Shown here one piece after another: positions 25,720 to 34,768 of a stretch of DNA of 64,000 bases. Each line of letters begins with the position of its first letter. Within the stretch, counting starts at the first letter, position 1. The translations under genes and the position numbers were made by a program. The stretch is taken from IMG/VR virus record IMGVR_UViG_3300045988_101835, one strand, 5' to 3'. This DNA comes from a virus. Under the pieces are notes generated by a model. The model did not search any database. It worked only from the letters and a program-made list of their open reading frames with translations, and had not been told where the DNA came from.

Positions 25720-26058
25720 ATGGATTTGTATAGTGTTTTGTCTGCAGACTTTGCTACGTTTCAGGAGGAGCTTGAGGCAACGGCGCCTAAGTCGGATGCT
25801 TGGGTTATCAGTGGTGAGGGTGATGCTGCTGTTTTGAAAGGTAAGCTTTCGCAGGCGTCTTTTGAGATTTCCAAGGATGCCGACAGTCAGGATGTCCGTA
25901 TGGATATTGTCGGCTCGGATATTCCTTCGTCGGTCCATGCTATTGTTCTGAATACAGTGTTCGACGACGCTATGTCTGCGGTTGCTGCTGCTGTTCAGAT
26001 CAACGGTGTTTATTCGGAGGCTTTGTCTTCTGTTAATGACATTCTGCGTAACGCCTAG
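25720..26058 (+). CDS. virion structural or assembly protein (function unknown)
   Basis: First gene after a late-promoter copy. About 112 aa and acidic. Confidence 0.45.
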   Translation: MDLYSVLSADFATFQEELEATAPKSDAWVISGEGDAAVLKGKLSQASFEISKDADSQDVRMDIVGSDIPSSVHAIVLNTVFDDAMSAVAAAVQINGVYSEALSSVNDILRNA

Positions 26059-26064
26059 TTTTCT

Positions 26065-26850
26065 ATGTCGGAGTCACCTGATATAAGGCTGAACGCGCTT
26101 ACGCTTTTTGCTGCGCGGATGGCGGATATTCGCATATCTCGTCATCCGCTTCGTTCTGACTGTTTCTTTATGGTCAATAAGACGGAGTTTGACATTTATC
26201 AGGATGGCACTTCTTTTGAGGTTGCTCGTATTTTCAAGCAGGTTATTGTGAAGAAGAATCCGGACATGTTTTATGTTCAGGAGTCTTTCGGTGATGATGC
26301 TTTGGTCGAGGACGGTGATCTCATTCCGTGGGTTGTTAATATGACATGCTTGGGGCTTCCGCGTTTGCCGATGCTTGATGATCGTTTTCTGATTGACGGC
26401 ATGGTTTATTCGGTCTCTGCGGTTAAGCCTGTAAATCGCAATTCTCAAGGCATCTTGGAATGCCTTGTTTATCCGGAGCGCCGAGATGATCATGATACGC
26501 TTTGCGTGTATGGGGTTTCTTTCCATCAGGCGATGAAGAGCGTCTCCCTTCAGGATGCCTACGGTGCACCTTCAGTTATGCGTGTTATTTACGGGGGTTC
26601 TCCGATTAGTATGTCTTGGGACAAGAAGTCATGGTTTCCGTTCGAGGCTGTGTCTACGGTTACTGTTCCACGTGGCACCAAGCGGTTCTATGTGAAGGAC
26701 GCTAGGGGTGTTGTTTCGGACTTTGTGTTCGGCGGGCGTCCTGTTCCGTCTTCTACGCCTTCGGTACCGGAGGGCTATTCTGCTATTCGGGATTGTAGTG
26801 GTCGGTTGTTTTTCTGCGCTTCGTGCCAGCATATGTACGTTAATGGGTGA
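26065..26850 (+). CDS. head-completion/neck module protein (by position)
   Basis: 261-aa ORF in the late operon between the capsid and sheath genes. Confidence 0.4.
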   Translation: MSESPDIRLNALTLFAARMADIRISRHPLRSDCFFMVNKTEFDIYQDGTSFEVARIFKQVIVKKNPDMFYVQESFGDDALVEDGDLIPWVVNMTCLGLPRLPMLDDRFLIDGMVYSVSAVKPVNRNSQGILECLVYPERRDDHDTLCVYGVSFHQAMKSVSLQDAYGAPSVMRVIYGGSPISMSWDKKSWFPFEAVSTVTVPRGTKRFYVKDARGVVSDFVFGGRPVPSSTPSVPEGYSAIRDCSGRLFFCASCQHMYVNG

Positions 26851-26855
26851 GTTCT

Positions 26856-27422
26856 ATGGCGTCCTTGAGTTTTAAAGATAAGTTATTTGCGACGTATCCT
26901 ATTCCTCGGAGTGTTTCGATCTGGGAGGGTGATGGTGTTTCGTCGTTTGCGGTTAGCAGTTTGGATGATCTTATTTCGTCGTGTGTTGACGAGCTTCGTT
27001 CGGACTTGTACATCACGGAGTATGTTCATTGCTCGTCTCAATCCACGTCGCTCCCGGAGGATGCTTTCGCTGTTGTGAATGCTAAGATCGACTTTCAGTT
27101 TCAGGGTAACCGTAGTGTTCGTGTTGATTTTGATGCTGCTTCACATAGGGCTTTGATTCGTTACGTTCCTGCGGTTCTCACCTACCGTCGTTATTTGCGT
27201 CTTTCGGACTTGGATACTTTGGCGGGGGATCGCCTTATCTACGCTAAGATGTATGTTCTTTGGCAGATGGCAGAGAAGGAACTTACCATCTTGCGGTCTG
27301 TTGTTCTGGACGCAGATAATGGCTCGGTCAATCTTGATGCTTTAGCATCCTTTTCGGATAAGTGTCGTGATCGCTACGAGGAGATGAAGGCGGAGGTTTT
27401 CATTTACACATCTGGAGTATAA
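26856..27422 (+). CDS. head-completion/neck module protein (by position)
   Basis: About 188-aa ORF with an ATG at 26856. It is translationally coupled to the previous gene. Confidence 0.4.
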   Translation: MASLSFKDKLFATYPIPRSVSIWEGDGVSSFAVSSLDDLISSCVDELRSDLYITEYVHCSSQSTSLPEDAFAVVNAKIDFQFQGNRSVRVDFDAASHRALIRYVPAVLTYRRYLRLSDLDTLAGDRLIYAKMYVLWQMAEKELTILRSVVLDADNGSVNLDALASFSDKCRDRYEEMKAEVFIYTSGV

Positions 27423-27436
27423 TTTTTTTTTATATT

Positions 27437-27961
27437 ATGGGGGCTTTTTATTCACATGTTTGCGATTCCGAGAATTCGGCATCGGTAAACGATAAGGTTG
27501 CTACAGGCAAGCGCATTTCGAAAGGTCTTGCCGATTATCATCTTCACCACAAGGGCGGTGCGGAGGATATTCCGTCTATGGTTGATCTGAACGCCGAGGT
27601 TAAGGAGGAGGTTACGGACTCTACGGGTACGTTCAGCCTTCCTGCTGCTGCGGCATCTATTTTGTCTATGGTTCCGACGTTCGAGGTTGCGTCTTCGGAG
27701 CCGGATCGCCTTGAGGGTTTTTTTAAGTCGGTTGACGGGGATGAGGTTTATCTTGGCTTCGATGATTCTACGGTCACGGTTTACGCATACGAAGACCTTT
27801 CGGATGTATATGAAGACCCCATTGAGGTATCGTTCGACGCTTCGTCTTTGAACAGTGTGTACGCTTTGGCTGCGTTCTTGTCTGGGGTTGAGGATCTTCT
27901 CAGTAAGTCTTTGAACGTAGAGGACTATGTTTATGGGATTAAAAAGTTAGCATCGAAGTAG
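27437..27961 (+). CDS. head-completion/neck module protein (by position)
   Basis: 174-aa ORF. Confidence 0.4.
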   Translation: MGAFYSHVCDSENSASVNDKVATGKRISKGLADYHLHHKGGAEDIPSMVDLNAEVKEEVTDSTGTFSLPAAAASILSMVPTFEVASSEPDRLEGFFKSVDGDEVYLGFDDSTVTVYAYEDLSDVYEDPIEVSFDASSLNSVYALAAFLSGVEDLLSKSLNVEDYVYGIKKLASK

Positions 27962-27962
27962 C

Positions 27963-28604
27963 ATGTTTTTGCTTCAGTACGAGAAGGCGGTTTTGGAATG
28001 GTTTCATGCAGCGTATCCTCCGTTGCGTGAAGCCATTTACGCTTCCGACATAGATAAGCTTTTGGCGTTGGACGATCATCTTAAGTATCCGTCGTTGGTT
28101 TACAGCCGTGAGGATGCTGATCTCACGTTGCCGAAGGCTTACGACTCGTACTGCACTACTGCTGACGGCACTTTGGAGCACATGCGGGCTTTTCCTTTCG
28201 AGCAGATTTACGACGCTAAGCTTGTCGTCGAGAAGCAGGAGGACATCTGGCGTGTTGCTAATACTATTCGTCAGCGGTGGTCTTATGACTCCTACGCTCA
28301 TATTCTCCATCCGGACGATGACTGGCATCTAGACGTAGGCATGAGGTTACTTCGGTTCCGTGTTGAGAGCGAGCGTGACAACTTGGACCGGAAGGGTGCC
28401 CGGCGCGTGCTTCATATGCGCTGGCGTTCGAGTTTGATTCTTGAAGATTATGATGAAGCCCATCGTTGGGCCGGCTACCGTCTTTGGCTTGTTCCTAACG
28501 GTGTTATGGCGGAGAAGTATCTCATTGCGGAGGGTCCGCTTCCCATTGGCGGGGTTATTCCCGACGAGCCGCCTATGGTCGAGGGTACTATCTCGAAGGC
28601 GTAG
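27963..28604 (+). CDS. neck or tail-terminator module protein (by position)
   Basis: 213-aa ORF, the last backbone gene before the second homing endonuclease. Confidence 0.4.
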   Translation: MFLLQYEKAVLEWFHAAYPPLREAIYASDIDKLLALDDHLKYPSLVYSREDADLTLPKAYDSYCTTADGTLEHMRAFPFEQIYDAKLVVEKQEDIWRVANTIRQRWSYDSYAHILHPDDDWHLDVGMRLLRFRVESERDNLDRKGARRVLHMRWRSSLILEDYDEAHRWAGYRLWLVPNGVMAEKYLIAEGPLPIGGVIPDEPPMVEGTISKA

Positions 28605-28730
28605 CTTTTATACGTATATGTTTTTGCGAGGTGTTTGGTCTTGCGACCTCAAAATTTTTTCATTGATAAAGTGAAGCGGTGACTTAGGTTGCTGCTTCTT
28701 TTGTTGCGATTGTATACGTATTATCCTTAT

Positions 28731-29738
28731 ATGTATCGGGGTATTATTTACTTGCGGACTTCGCCGTCGGTTAAGTACTACGTCGGCTTGACCACGAATG
28801 AGACCAAGCGTCAGGAGTATTGGTTAAATACCAAGCGCGACTACGGTGGTTATCTAATTCGTGACGCCCGGAAGCGTTATCCGCCGGAGACGTGGGGCTA
28901 CACGGTTTTGGCGGAGGTCTTTAGTCCTTCGCGGTCGGACCTTATGGTTTGGCTTAATGCGCTGGAGGTCTACTTCATTTGGCGTTACGACTCTAATAAC
29001 CCGGAGCATGGTTATAACCTCACACGCGGTGGTGAGGGTCGTCTTGGCTACAAGTGCCGTCCGGAGGTTAAGGCGCGTCTTTCTGCTTTGTACAAGGGTC
29101 GCCCGCTTTCCGAGGAGACGAAGGAGAAAATCTCTCGTGCGGCTAAGGGCCGCAAGGCTTCGGAGGAGACACGACGGAAGCTGTCGGCTGCTCATAAGGG
29201 CAGAAAGCATTCAGAGGCTGCTAGGCGTGCTATGTCTTTAGCTTTGCGTGGGGTTCCGCATCATGCAGGTACTGGGCTTATTTTATCAGCTATCCACAAG
29301 GGGCGCAGACTTGATCCATCTCATGTTGCTAAGTTGCATGCTGCTAATCGTAAGGCTGTGCTACAGTATTCATTGTCGGGTGAGTTGCTGGCGGAGTTTG
29401 ATAGCGCTGTTGAGGCAAGTGCTGCGCTGGGAGTTTGTTATGGCCCTATTAGTCAGTGTTGTCGCGGCACTTTAAAGACGGCTTATGGGTTCAAGTGGGT
29501 TTTCAAGAATCCTGCACCGCCAGCCATCAAGCGTTCAGATCGTTATGTGGGTCAGTTCAGTTTGGAGGGCGAGTTGCTGCATGTTTATCCGTCTGCAGTT
29601 GCTGCCGCTAAGGCGACTTCTGGTCTTGTCTATGGTATTCGTGGATGCTGTAGAGGGGAGCATATTACGTCGGGTGGTTTCCGTTGGCATTATGTACATA
29701 AAGATACTCATGCAATTATATATCCCATAAATAAATAA
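28731..29738 (+). CDS. GIY-YIG homing endonuclease, paralogue 2
   Basis: MYRGIIYLRTSPSVKYYVGLT provides the GIY...YVG motif. WLNALEVYFIW aligns with WLDALEVYYIW of paralogue 1. NUMOD3-like repeats are present (LSEETKEKISRAAKGRK, ASEETRRKLSAAHKGRK). The 3' end overlaps late-promoter copy 6. Confidence 0.8.
   Translation: MYRGIIYLRTSPSVKYYVGLTTNETKRQEYWLNTKRDYGGYLIRDARKRYPPETWGYTVLAEVFSPSRSDLMVWLNALEVYFIWRYDSNNPEHGYNLTRGGEGRLGYKCRPEVKARLSALYKGRPLSEETKEKISRAAKGRKASEETRRKLSAAHKGRKHSEAARRAMSLALRGVPHHAGTGLILSAIHKGRRLDPSHVAKLHAANRKAVLQYSLSGELLAEFDSAVEASAALGVCYGPISQCCRGTLKTAYGFKWVFKNPAPPAIKRSDRYVGQFSLEGELLHVYPSAVAAAKATSGLVYGIRGCCRGEHITSGGFRWHYVHKDTHAIIYPINK
29713..29732 (+). promoter_or_regulatory. 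late-promoter motif copy 6
   Basis: CAATTATATATCCCATAAAT, 20 nt upstream of ATG 29752, inside the last 9 codons of the endonuclease ORF. Confidence 0.6.
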
Positions 29739-29751
29739 CTGGTTTACAATC

Positions 29752-31575
29752 ATGGGAAAGAGCGCAAATCCCTTAATTTCAGTGCAATACACCGATGAAA
29801 CCAACTACGTCGAGGCTTCGAGTACTGATGACGTGATGGGTATGGTTATGGATGCTAACTGGGGTCCTTGTGGGACACCTGTTGTTTGCAATAGTACCAC
29901 TTTCCGTTCTATTTTCAATCCTCAGGGTTTGGGTCGTTTGAATGGCACGCTTGCCACGGCGCTTCGTGCTTTCGAGAAGAATCAGTCTTACATCGAGGTT
30001 GTCCGCTTGGGCAGTAAAGAGAATTGGCTGTTCGTGTATATTACGAGTGCTGGTACGGTAGGTACTTATTCGTATCCTTATAGTACCGATTCTTCGGCTA
30101 TTGACTTCTCGGCTGTAGCTACGGCTATCGAGACTTCGTTTGAGGGCGATCCTAAACCTACGGTTCAGGCTTTGTTCCGTCTTCGTTATCCGGGGGGCTT
30201 CCCAGCCCAGATTACTTTGTCGGCGTCGCCTAAGACGTTCTTGGGCACCCAGATGTATAGTCTGGAGCTTGCAGCTTATTCGGGTCAGACTTACACTACT
30301 GCAGGTGCTTCGGCTCGTGGTAAGAGTACGAAGGCTTCGGGTGCTACGGCGCAGCCGTCTTTCACCAATATCCTTGAGACCTTGACTTTCTCGCTTGTGG
30401 ACTTGACCTACAACGGTGTTTCGTATAATTACGCTGATGTCATTACGAATGACTCGACGTACTTTGTTTCGGACGTTGCGTGGGCTGCGGGTAAGTCTGT
30501 TAGCGTTGCTTTGACGAATGCGCCGTTCGTCTACAAAGTTGCAGATGCGGAGATTCCGGGCATTATTTCTCCTTCTTCTACAGTTCCGGCTTACGTGGCA
30601 GATGACTTCGTCGCAGCCTACGAGCTTTTCAAGGATCGTGACATTTCGTCGTCTACGGAGTTGGTTAATAGTTACCTTTGGGATGCTTATCTGGAAGGCA
30701 ATAGCGATCCTGTTTTTGATTCCTCTGCGGGTCCGGGTGCAGTCATGACTAAGATGTCTGAGATCGCCGAGCTTCGTCAGGACTGCTGCGCCTTGCTTGG
30801 CTTCCCTACGACGGTTAATTCGTCTGCGTGGATCAATCCTAACGAAGTTAATTGGGAGACTACTACCCGTACGAATGCTCGCACTTGGTTCGACGCTATT
30901 GCTAATGCGGGTCTGAACATGCACTCGTTCGGCATCGTTGGTTGGGAGCGCTATACGCTTCGTACTACGATGGGCGTTAAGGTTTATAACCTTGACTGTA
31001 CTGCAGGGTGGTGTGGACGTATTAGTGCTGTTGCTGCTTCTACTCGCAATCGGAACCAGCTTCCGTCTTACAAGGCTTATGGTACTTACCCGTCGACGCT
31101 TGTTCGGACTATGAGCTTTGAGAATGTCGTTGAGATGCATAAGGAGGACGGTATTGGTTCTGTTTATAGCACTGCTACGGGTAACTTCATCTTTGACGTG
31201 AAGGGTCTCTACGGAGTCGGCACTTCCTACTTTGCTCAGGCGAACGTTATGCGTGTCATCGAGTTCTTGCTTAGTAATAGCTACGACATCATTGAGCAAG
31301 TTATCCATACGGACGTTGCCGCTAACAAGGCTTCGCGTATTGACCTCGAAGGTCGCATGAATACGATGCTTAGCTGGTTCATTTCTCGCAATGAGCTTAA
31401 GGCCGAGTCGTATGTTGATATCGGTGATTCTTTGAACAGCGATGATCTGACGAACGGTGGTGAGTACTTGAATATTAATATTGTCTGCTACTTCTTGAAG
31501 TTGACGCAGGGTGTTAATATTAACATCATCGTCCGTGATGGTAGTGTTAGTTCGTCTGTTTCGATGGTTAATTAA
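29752..31575 (+). CDS. contractile tail sheath protein
   Basis: 607 aa, directly upstream of two tube-type genes. The size and order are typical of sheath-tube pairs. Confidence 0.55.
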   Translation: MGKSANPLISVQYTDETNYVEASSTDDVMGMVMDANWGPCGTPVVCNSTTFRSIFNPQGLGRLNGTLATALRAFEKNQSYIEVVRLGSKENWLFVYITSAGTVGTYSYPYSTDSSAIDFSAVATAIETSFEGDPKPTVQALFRLRYPGGFPAQITLSASPKTFLGTQMYSLELAAYSGQTYTTAGASARGKSTKASGATAQPSFTNILETLTFSLVDLTYNGVSYNYADVITNDSTYFVSDVAWAAGKSVSVALTNAPFVYKVADAEIPGIISPSSTVPAYVADDFVAAYELFKDRDISSSTELVNSYLWDAYLEGNSDPVFDSSAGPGAVMTKMSEIAELRQDCCALLGFPTTVNSSAWINPNEVNWETTTRTNARTWFDAIANAGLNMHSFGIVGWERYTLRTTMGVKVYNLDCTAGWCGRISAVAASTRNRNQLPSYKAYGTYPSTLVRTMSFENVVEMHKEDGIGSVYSTATGNFIFDVKGLYGVGTSYFAQANVMRVIEFLLSNSYDIIEQVIHTDVAANKASRIDLEGRMNTMLSWFISRNELKAESYVDIGDSLNSDDLTNGGEYLNINIVCYFLKLTQGVNINIIVRDGSVSSSVSMVN

Positions 31576-31595
31576 TTAAATTTCTTGCTTGTCCT

Positions 31596-32102
31596 ATGAC
31601 ACGTAAAATACAGACTTTCACGGGTATCATCACGAACCCGATGAATATTCACAACTTCGCGTTGTCCATTCCGGGTTTTGAGGATTACAGCATCACGGTT
31701 CAGAGCACGTCGTTTCCGTCGGACTCTCTCCGTCAGACGCGGTTGTACGTTGCGGGCGAGGAGATTCGCTATCCTACGGTTGCTCAGAATTCGGGCACGT
31801 GGCAGTTTGTTGTTCCGGAGACGGACGACGGTACTATCAGTTCCATTCTGGATGGCATCCGTTCTGAGATTTGGAATCAGCTTACGGGTGGTTTGACGGT
31901 TGATCCTACGCAGTGGCGTGACATTGGTGTCATTGCCCGGGACCTCAATAGTAACGAGTCTTTCGAGGTCATTTTGCATGGTGCGTGGCTTGCGGGCCGT
32001 GGTGACGTTCAGCTTAATCAGGCTACCCCGGAGACCAACTGGCAGTGGCAGTATCAGTTCATTTACCAGTGGCTTGAGAATAAGAACCTTCGTGGGTTGT
32101 AG
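31596..32102 (+). CDS. tail tube protein (T4 gp19-like)
   Basis: 168 aa, after the sheath gene. It shares a pattern with the next gene (F..SIPGF...V.S.SFP... / M.WPNLP...VQSLTFP...). Confidence 0.5.
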   Translation: MTRKIQTFTGIITNPMNIHNFALSIPGFEDYSITVQSTSFPSDSLRQTRLYVAGEEIRYPTVAQNSGTWQFVVPETDDGTISSILDGIRSEIWNQLTGGLTVDPTQWRDIGVIARDLNSNESFEVILHGAWLAGRGDVQLNQATPETNWQWQYQFIYQWLENKNLRGL

Positions 32103-32127
32103 TTCCGGGTATATTTATCCACTTCTA

Positions 32128-32180
32128 GGAGGCTGTGGGCGTGGGTTGTAGTGTCCCACCTCACAGCTTCCTTTTTTTTT
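32128..32180 (+). terminator. strong rho-independent terminator between the tube paralogues
   Basis: A 17-bp stem with one bulge (GGAGGCTGTGGGCGTGGG / CCCACCTCACAGCTTCC) is followed by T9 (32172-80). Confidence 0.75.
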
Positions 32181-32195
32181 CAGATTGGTGTTACG

Positions 32196-32732
32196 ATGAG
32201 TATTAAGATTTCTGCTTTCACTGCTGCGATTCCTGCTCCTTTGACGAAGCGGGATATTACGATGGTGTGGCCTAATTTACCTCAGTCTATGTTTCTTGTT
32301 CAGTCGTTGACTTTTCCTACTGAGCAGTATGCTAAGGTTGAGGTTCCGGTTCGCGGTGTTTCTGTTCAGCTTCCGACACAGGTTTTTCAGCCGGGGGACT
32401 GGTCTTTCGAGGTTCCGGATAGTAGGTTCACGGCGGTTCGTTACGAGATTGAGCGAGCTTACTACGAGCAGCGTCTTCATAATATTCATCTTATTATGGG
32501 GGATGTCTCCAATGTTCTCAACATAGGGAGCGGTGCTTCGTTCTTTAGTAACCTTTTGAATGTAGCATCTGCTGCTGCATCTACGTTGCTTACGGCTTGT
32601 ACCTTGTGCGATGCTTTTATTACCGATATCGATCCGGTTCAGTTTTCCGTTGCGGGTTCTGCGGGTGATCCTGTTTTGTGGTCGGTGAAGGTTCACTATA
32701 CGTACATTACGAAATTGACTAACGTGGGGTAG
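32196..32732 (+). CDS. tail tube paralogue (gp19-like)
   Basis: 178 aa from ATG 32196. The track start at 32151 lies inside the terminator, so it is rejected. Confidence 0.4.
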   Translation: MSIKISAFTAAIPAPLTKRDITMVWPNLPQSMFLVQSLTFPTEQYAKVEVPVRGVSVQLPTQVFQPGDWSFEVPDSRFTAVRYEIERAYYEQRLHNIHLIMGDVSNVLNIGSGASFFSNLLNVASAAASTLLTACTLCDAFITDIDPVQFSVAGSAGDPVLWSVKVHYTYITKLTNVG

Positions 32733-32736
32733 AGTT

Positions 32737-33495
32737 ATGGGTCGTTTAAGTACTTTGGTTCAGCGTGCTGTTGCTTCGCGTCGTGAGTTCATGAGTCTTT
32801 CGGCTTCGGGAGGTTCCTCCGGTACTCGTCATGTCATTGCTCCGCTTTTGCAGGGTGACTTTCGTCTTACGTTTGTGGACGGTAGTGATAGCTCCTTGCA
32901 GTGGCATTCCACGGATTTCCTTTTGACGAGTTTGAGTGGTCCGAGTGCTACGTTGTCATGGTCACCACATAGCTCGGTCTTGGGTGTTTCCATGCCGTCT
33001 ATTTCGCAGGATTACTTGACTATCAATTTCTATGTTTCCGGCGACCCGGATTATACTCGCGCTAGTTTCCCGTCTTTGTTTTTGTACAATGATCAGTTTG
33101 CACCTAACGGGGCTTTGCGCTTGCCGTCTTCGGAGTACTTTACTTCCCCCATTACGAGTCGTCCTGTAGGTGAGCAGGCTACCAACGAGAGTATTATCAA
33201 TTCTTTAGGGGGTACGGGTAGCACTTATGTTCGTCCTACGATTATCCTTTACGCTCTTTACCGTCCGAGTGCGGGTGGCAGCTCTATGGAGGATACCCCG
33301 ATTGAGCTTTGCAGGTTCGAGGGCTGCGTTTTTGGGACGCCTACGCCTGCTGTGAATCCGTCTGCGGTTGCTCCTATGACTTGGTCACAGCAAATAGGTT
33401 ACCGTTTCGTTGTTTGGCAGGACGGTACGTTCTTGGGTAAGGCTATTTCGAAGGCCGAGCACCTTCGTTCTTTCCATGTCACGTCTTCAAATTAA
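32737..33495 (+). CDS. tail structural protein (unknown role)
   Basis: 252-aa ORF in the tail operon. Confidence 0.4.
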   Translation: MGRLSTLVQRAVASRREFMSLSASGGSSGTRHVIAPLLQGDFRLTFVDGSDSSLQWHSTDFLLTSLSGPSATLSWSPHSSVLGVSMPSISQDYLTINFYVSGDPDYTRASFPSLFLYNDQFAPNGALRLPSSEYFTSPITSRPVGEQATNESIINSLGGTGSTYVRPTIILYALYRPSAGGSSMEDTPIELCRFEGCVFGTPTPAVNPSAVAPMTWSQQIGYRFVVWQDGTFLGKAISKAEHLRSFHVTSSN

Positions 33496-33568
33496 TTTTG
33501 GTAAGGCGATTACATACAATTTTACACAACTGTTTGCAATAAACGTAAAATAATTGTAACTTGCTGCC

Positions 33569-34747
33569 ATGCATAAAGTATTCAAATATCGCATTTATCC
33601 GAACAAGGCTCAGCAGTCCTTGCTCCAAGTGACGTTTGGATGTTGCCGCTTCGTGTATAATAAAACACTTGATATTAGGAAGACGGCTTACGAAACCGAC
33701 AAGACGAAGCTTAGTAAGTTTGACCTCATCAAGAGATTAAAGCCACTTAAAGATGAATTCCCGTGGCTGCGCGACGTGCCGCATGTATGCTTGCCGCAAG
33801 CCGTCTACAACATGGATAGAGCTTACCAGAACTTCTTTAAGTCCGACAAAGGCTATCCGAAGTTCAAGACGAAGCATCGCAGCCGCAAATCTTGCAAATT
33901 CCCGTATCCGTTCTGTGATGTGCTTCAAGAGCAAGCGCGGCTCAAGTTTTCTAAATTAGGTTTAGTCAAGTACAAGAAAGATCGGGAGTTCGTTGGTACT
34001 TTACGACACATTGTGGTTACGCAAGACAGCGATGGTAAGTACTACGCTTCATGTTTGGTGGAGACTACTACGGAGATTCCGGAACCGCAACCTGTCGATG
34101 CCAGTACTACGGTCGGTATCGACTTAGGACTTAAAGACTTTATCGTCACGTCGGACGGACACAAGATACCTAATCCACGTTTCTACGCTACTATCGACCG
34201 TCGTATAGCACGCTTGCAGAAGCACGAAGCTAGAAAGACAAAAGGGTCTAAGCGCCGTGCACACATCCGGCTGAAGATTAACAAACTCTATATTAAGAAA
34301 CGCAATTTAATTAAAAATTATATTTACCATGTTGCCAAGACGTTACTGCGTGAAAGCCAAACGCTAGTAATGGAAGACCTTAATATTGTCGGCATGGTTA
34401 AGAATCATAAGTTAGCTAAATCCATTCAGAACATTTGTTGGGGCGAGCTTCGCAGAGTGTTAGAGTATAAGTCGAAGTGGCTTGGTCACAATCTTATTTT
34501 CATAGATCGTTGGGCGCCGAGTACAAAGACTTGTAGTTGTTGTGGTTTTCACAATTCTACGTTAACACTTTCAGATCGTTCATGGATGTGTCCGGGTTGC
34601 GGTACACAACACGACAGAGATGTTAATGCCGCGCTTAACATCAAGCGTATGGGTTTAGAAACATTACTGCCCGCGGTGAGCGGGTTTGACGGACGTGGAG
34701 AGGTCGGTTACGGCTTCGACGAAGCGTCAATATGTGCGAGTTATTAA
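33569..34747 (+). CDS. tnpB: TnpB (OrfB) RNA-guided nuclease, second copy (different lineage)
   Basis: 392 aa. Contains MHKVFKYRIYPNKAQ..., VGIDLGLKDF, LVMEDLNIVGM, the zinc ribbon CSCCGF...CPGCG, and QHDRDVNAALNIK. Confidence 0.9.
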   Translation: MHKVFKYRIYPNKAQQSLLQVTFGCCRFVYNKTLDIRKTAYETDKTKLSKFDLIKRLKPLKDEFPWLRDVPHVCLPQAVYNMDRAYQNFFKSDKGYPKFKTKHRSRKSCKFPYPFCDVLQEQARLKFSKLGLVKYKKDREFVGTLRHIVVTQDSDGKYYASCLVETTTEIPEPQPVDASTTVGIDLGLKDFIVTSDGHKIPNPRFYATIDRRIARLQKHEARKTKGSKRRAHIRLKINKLYIKKRNLIKNYIYHVAKTLLRESQTLVMEDLNIVGMVKNHKLAKSIQNICWGELRRVLEYKSKWLGHNLIFIDRWAPSTKTCSCCGFHNSTLTLSDRSWMCPGCGTQHDRDVNAALNIKRMGLETLLPAVSGFDGRGEVGYGFDEASICASY

Positions 34748-34765
34748 TTGTATATAATCACCTTT
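34685..34765 (+). repeat. IS right-end / omega-RNA 3' module, copy A (in situ)
   Basis: 81 nt covering the last 20 tnpB codons plus 18 nt. 74 of 81 positions are identical to 52103-52183. Confidence 0.85.
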
Positions 34766-34768
34766 CAT

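Larger units (their letters stand above)
33500..34765 (+). mobile_element. tnpB-only IS200/IS605-family (IS1341-like) element; left boundary approximate
   Basis: A neutral-composition insert between tail genes. The right boundary is defined by where the two RE copies (34685-34765 and 52103-52183) stop matching. No tnpA is present. Confidence 0.55.

Noticed and set aside
29779-31308. A 509-aa ORF on the - strand antisense to the sheath gene. Similar antisense ORFs occur at 16201..17253, 60936..61850, 62571..63353, 14704..15294, 35602..36177, 39109..39630 and 47797..48372.
   Set aside because: The products are low-complexity Arg/Asn/Ser/Thr/Ile-rich strings with no motifs. They exist because the A-poor + strand rarely contains TTA/CTA/TCA, so the - strand lacks stop codons. 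Each fully overlaps a + strand gene with recognisable motifs or synteny.
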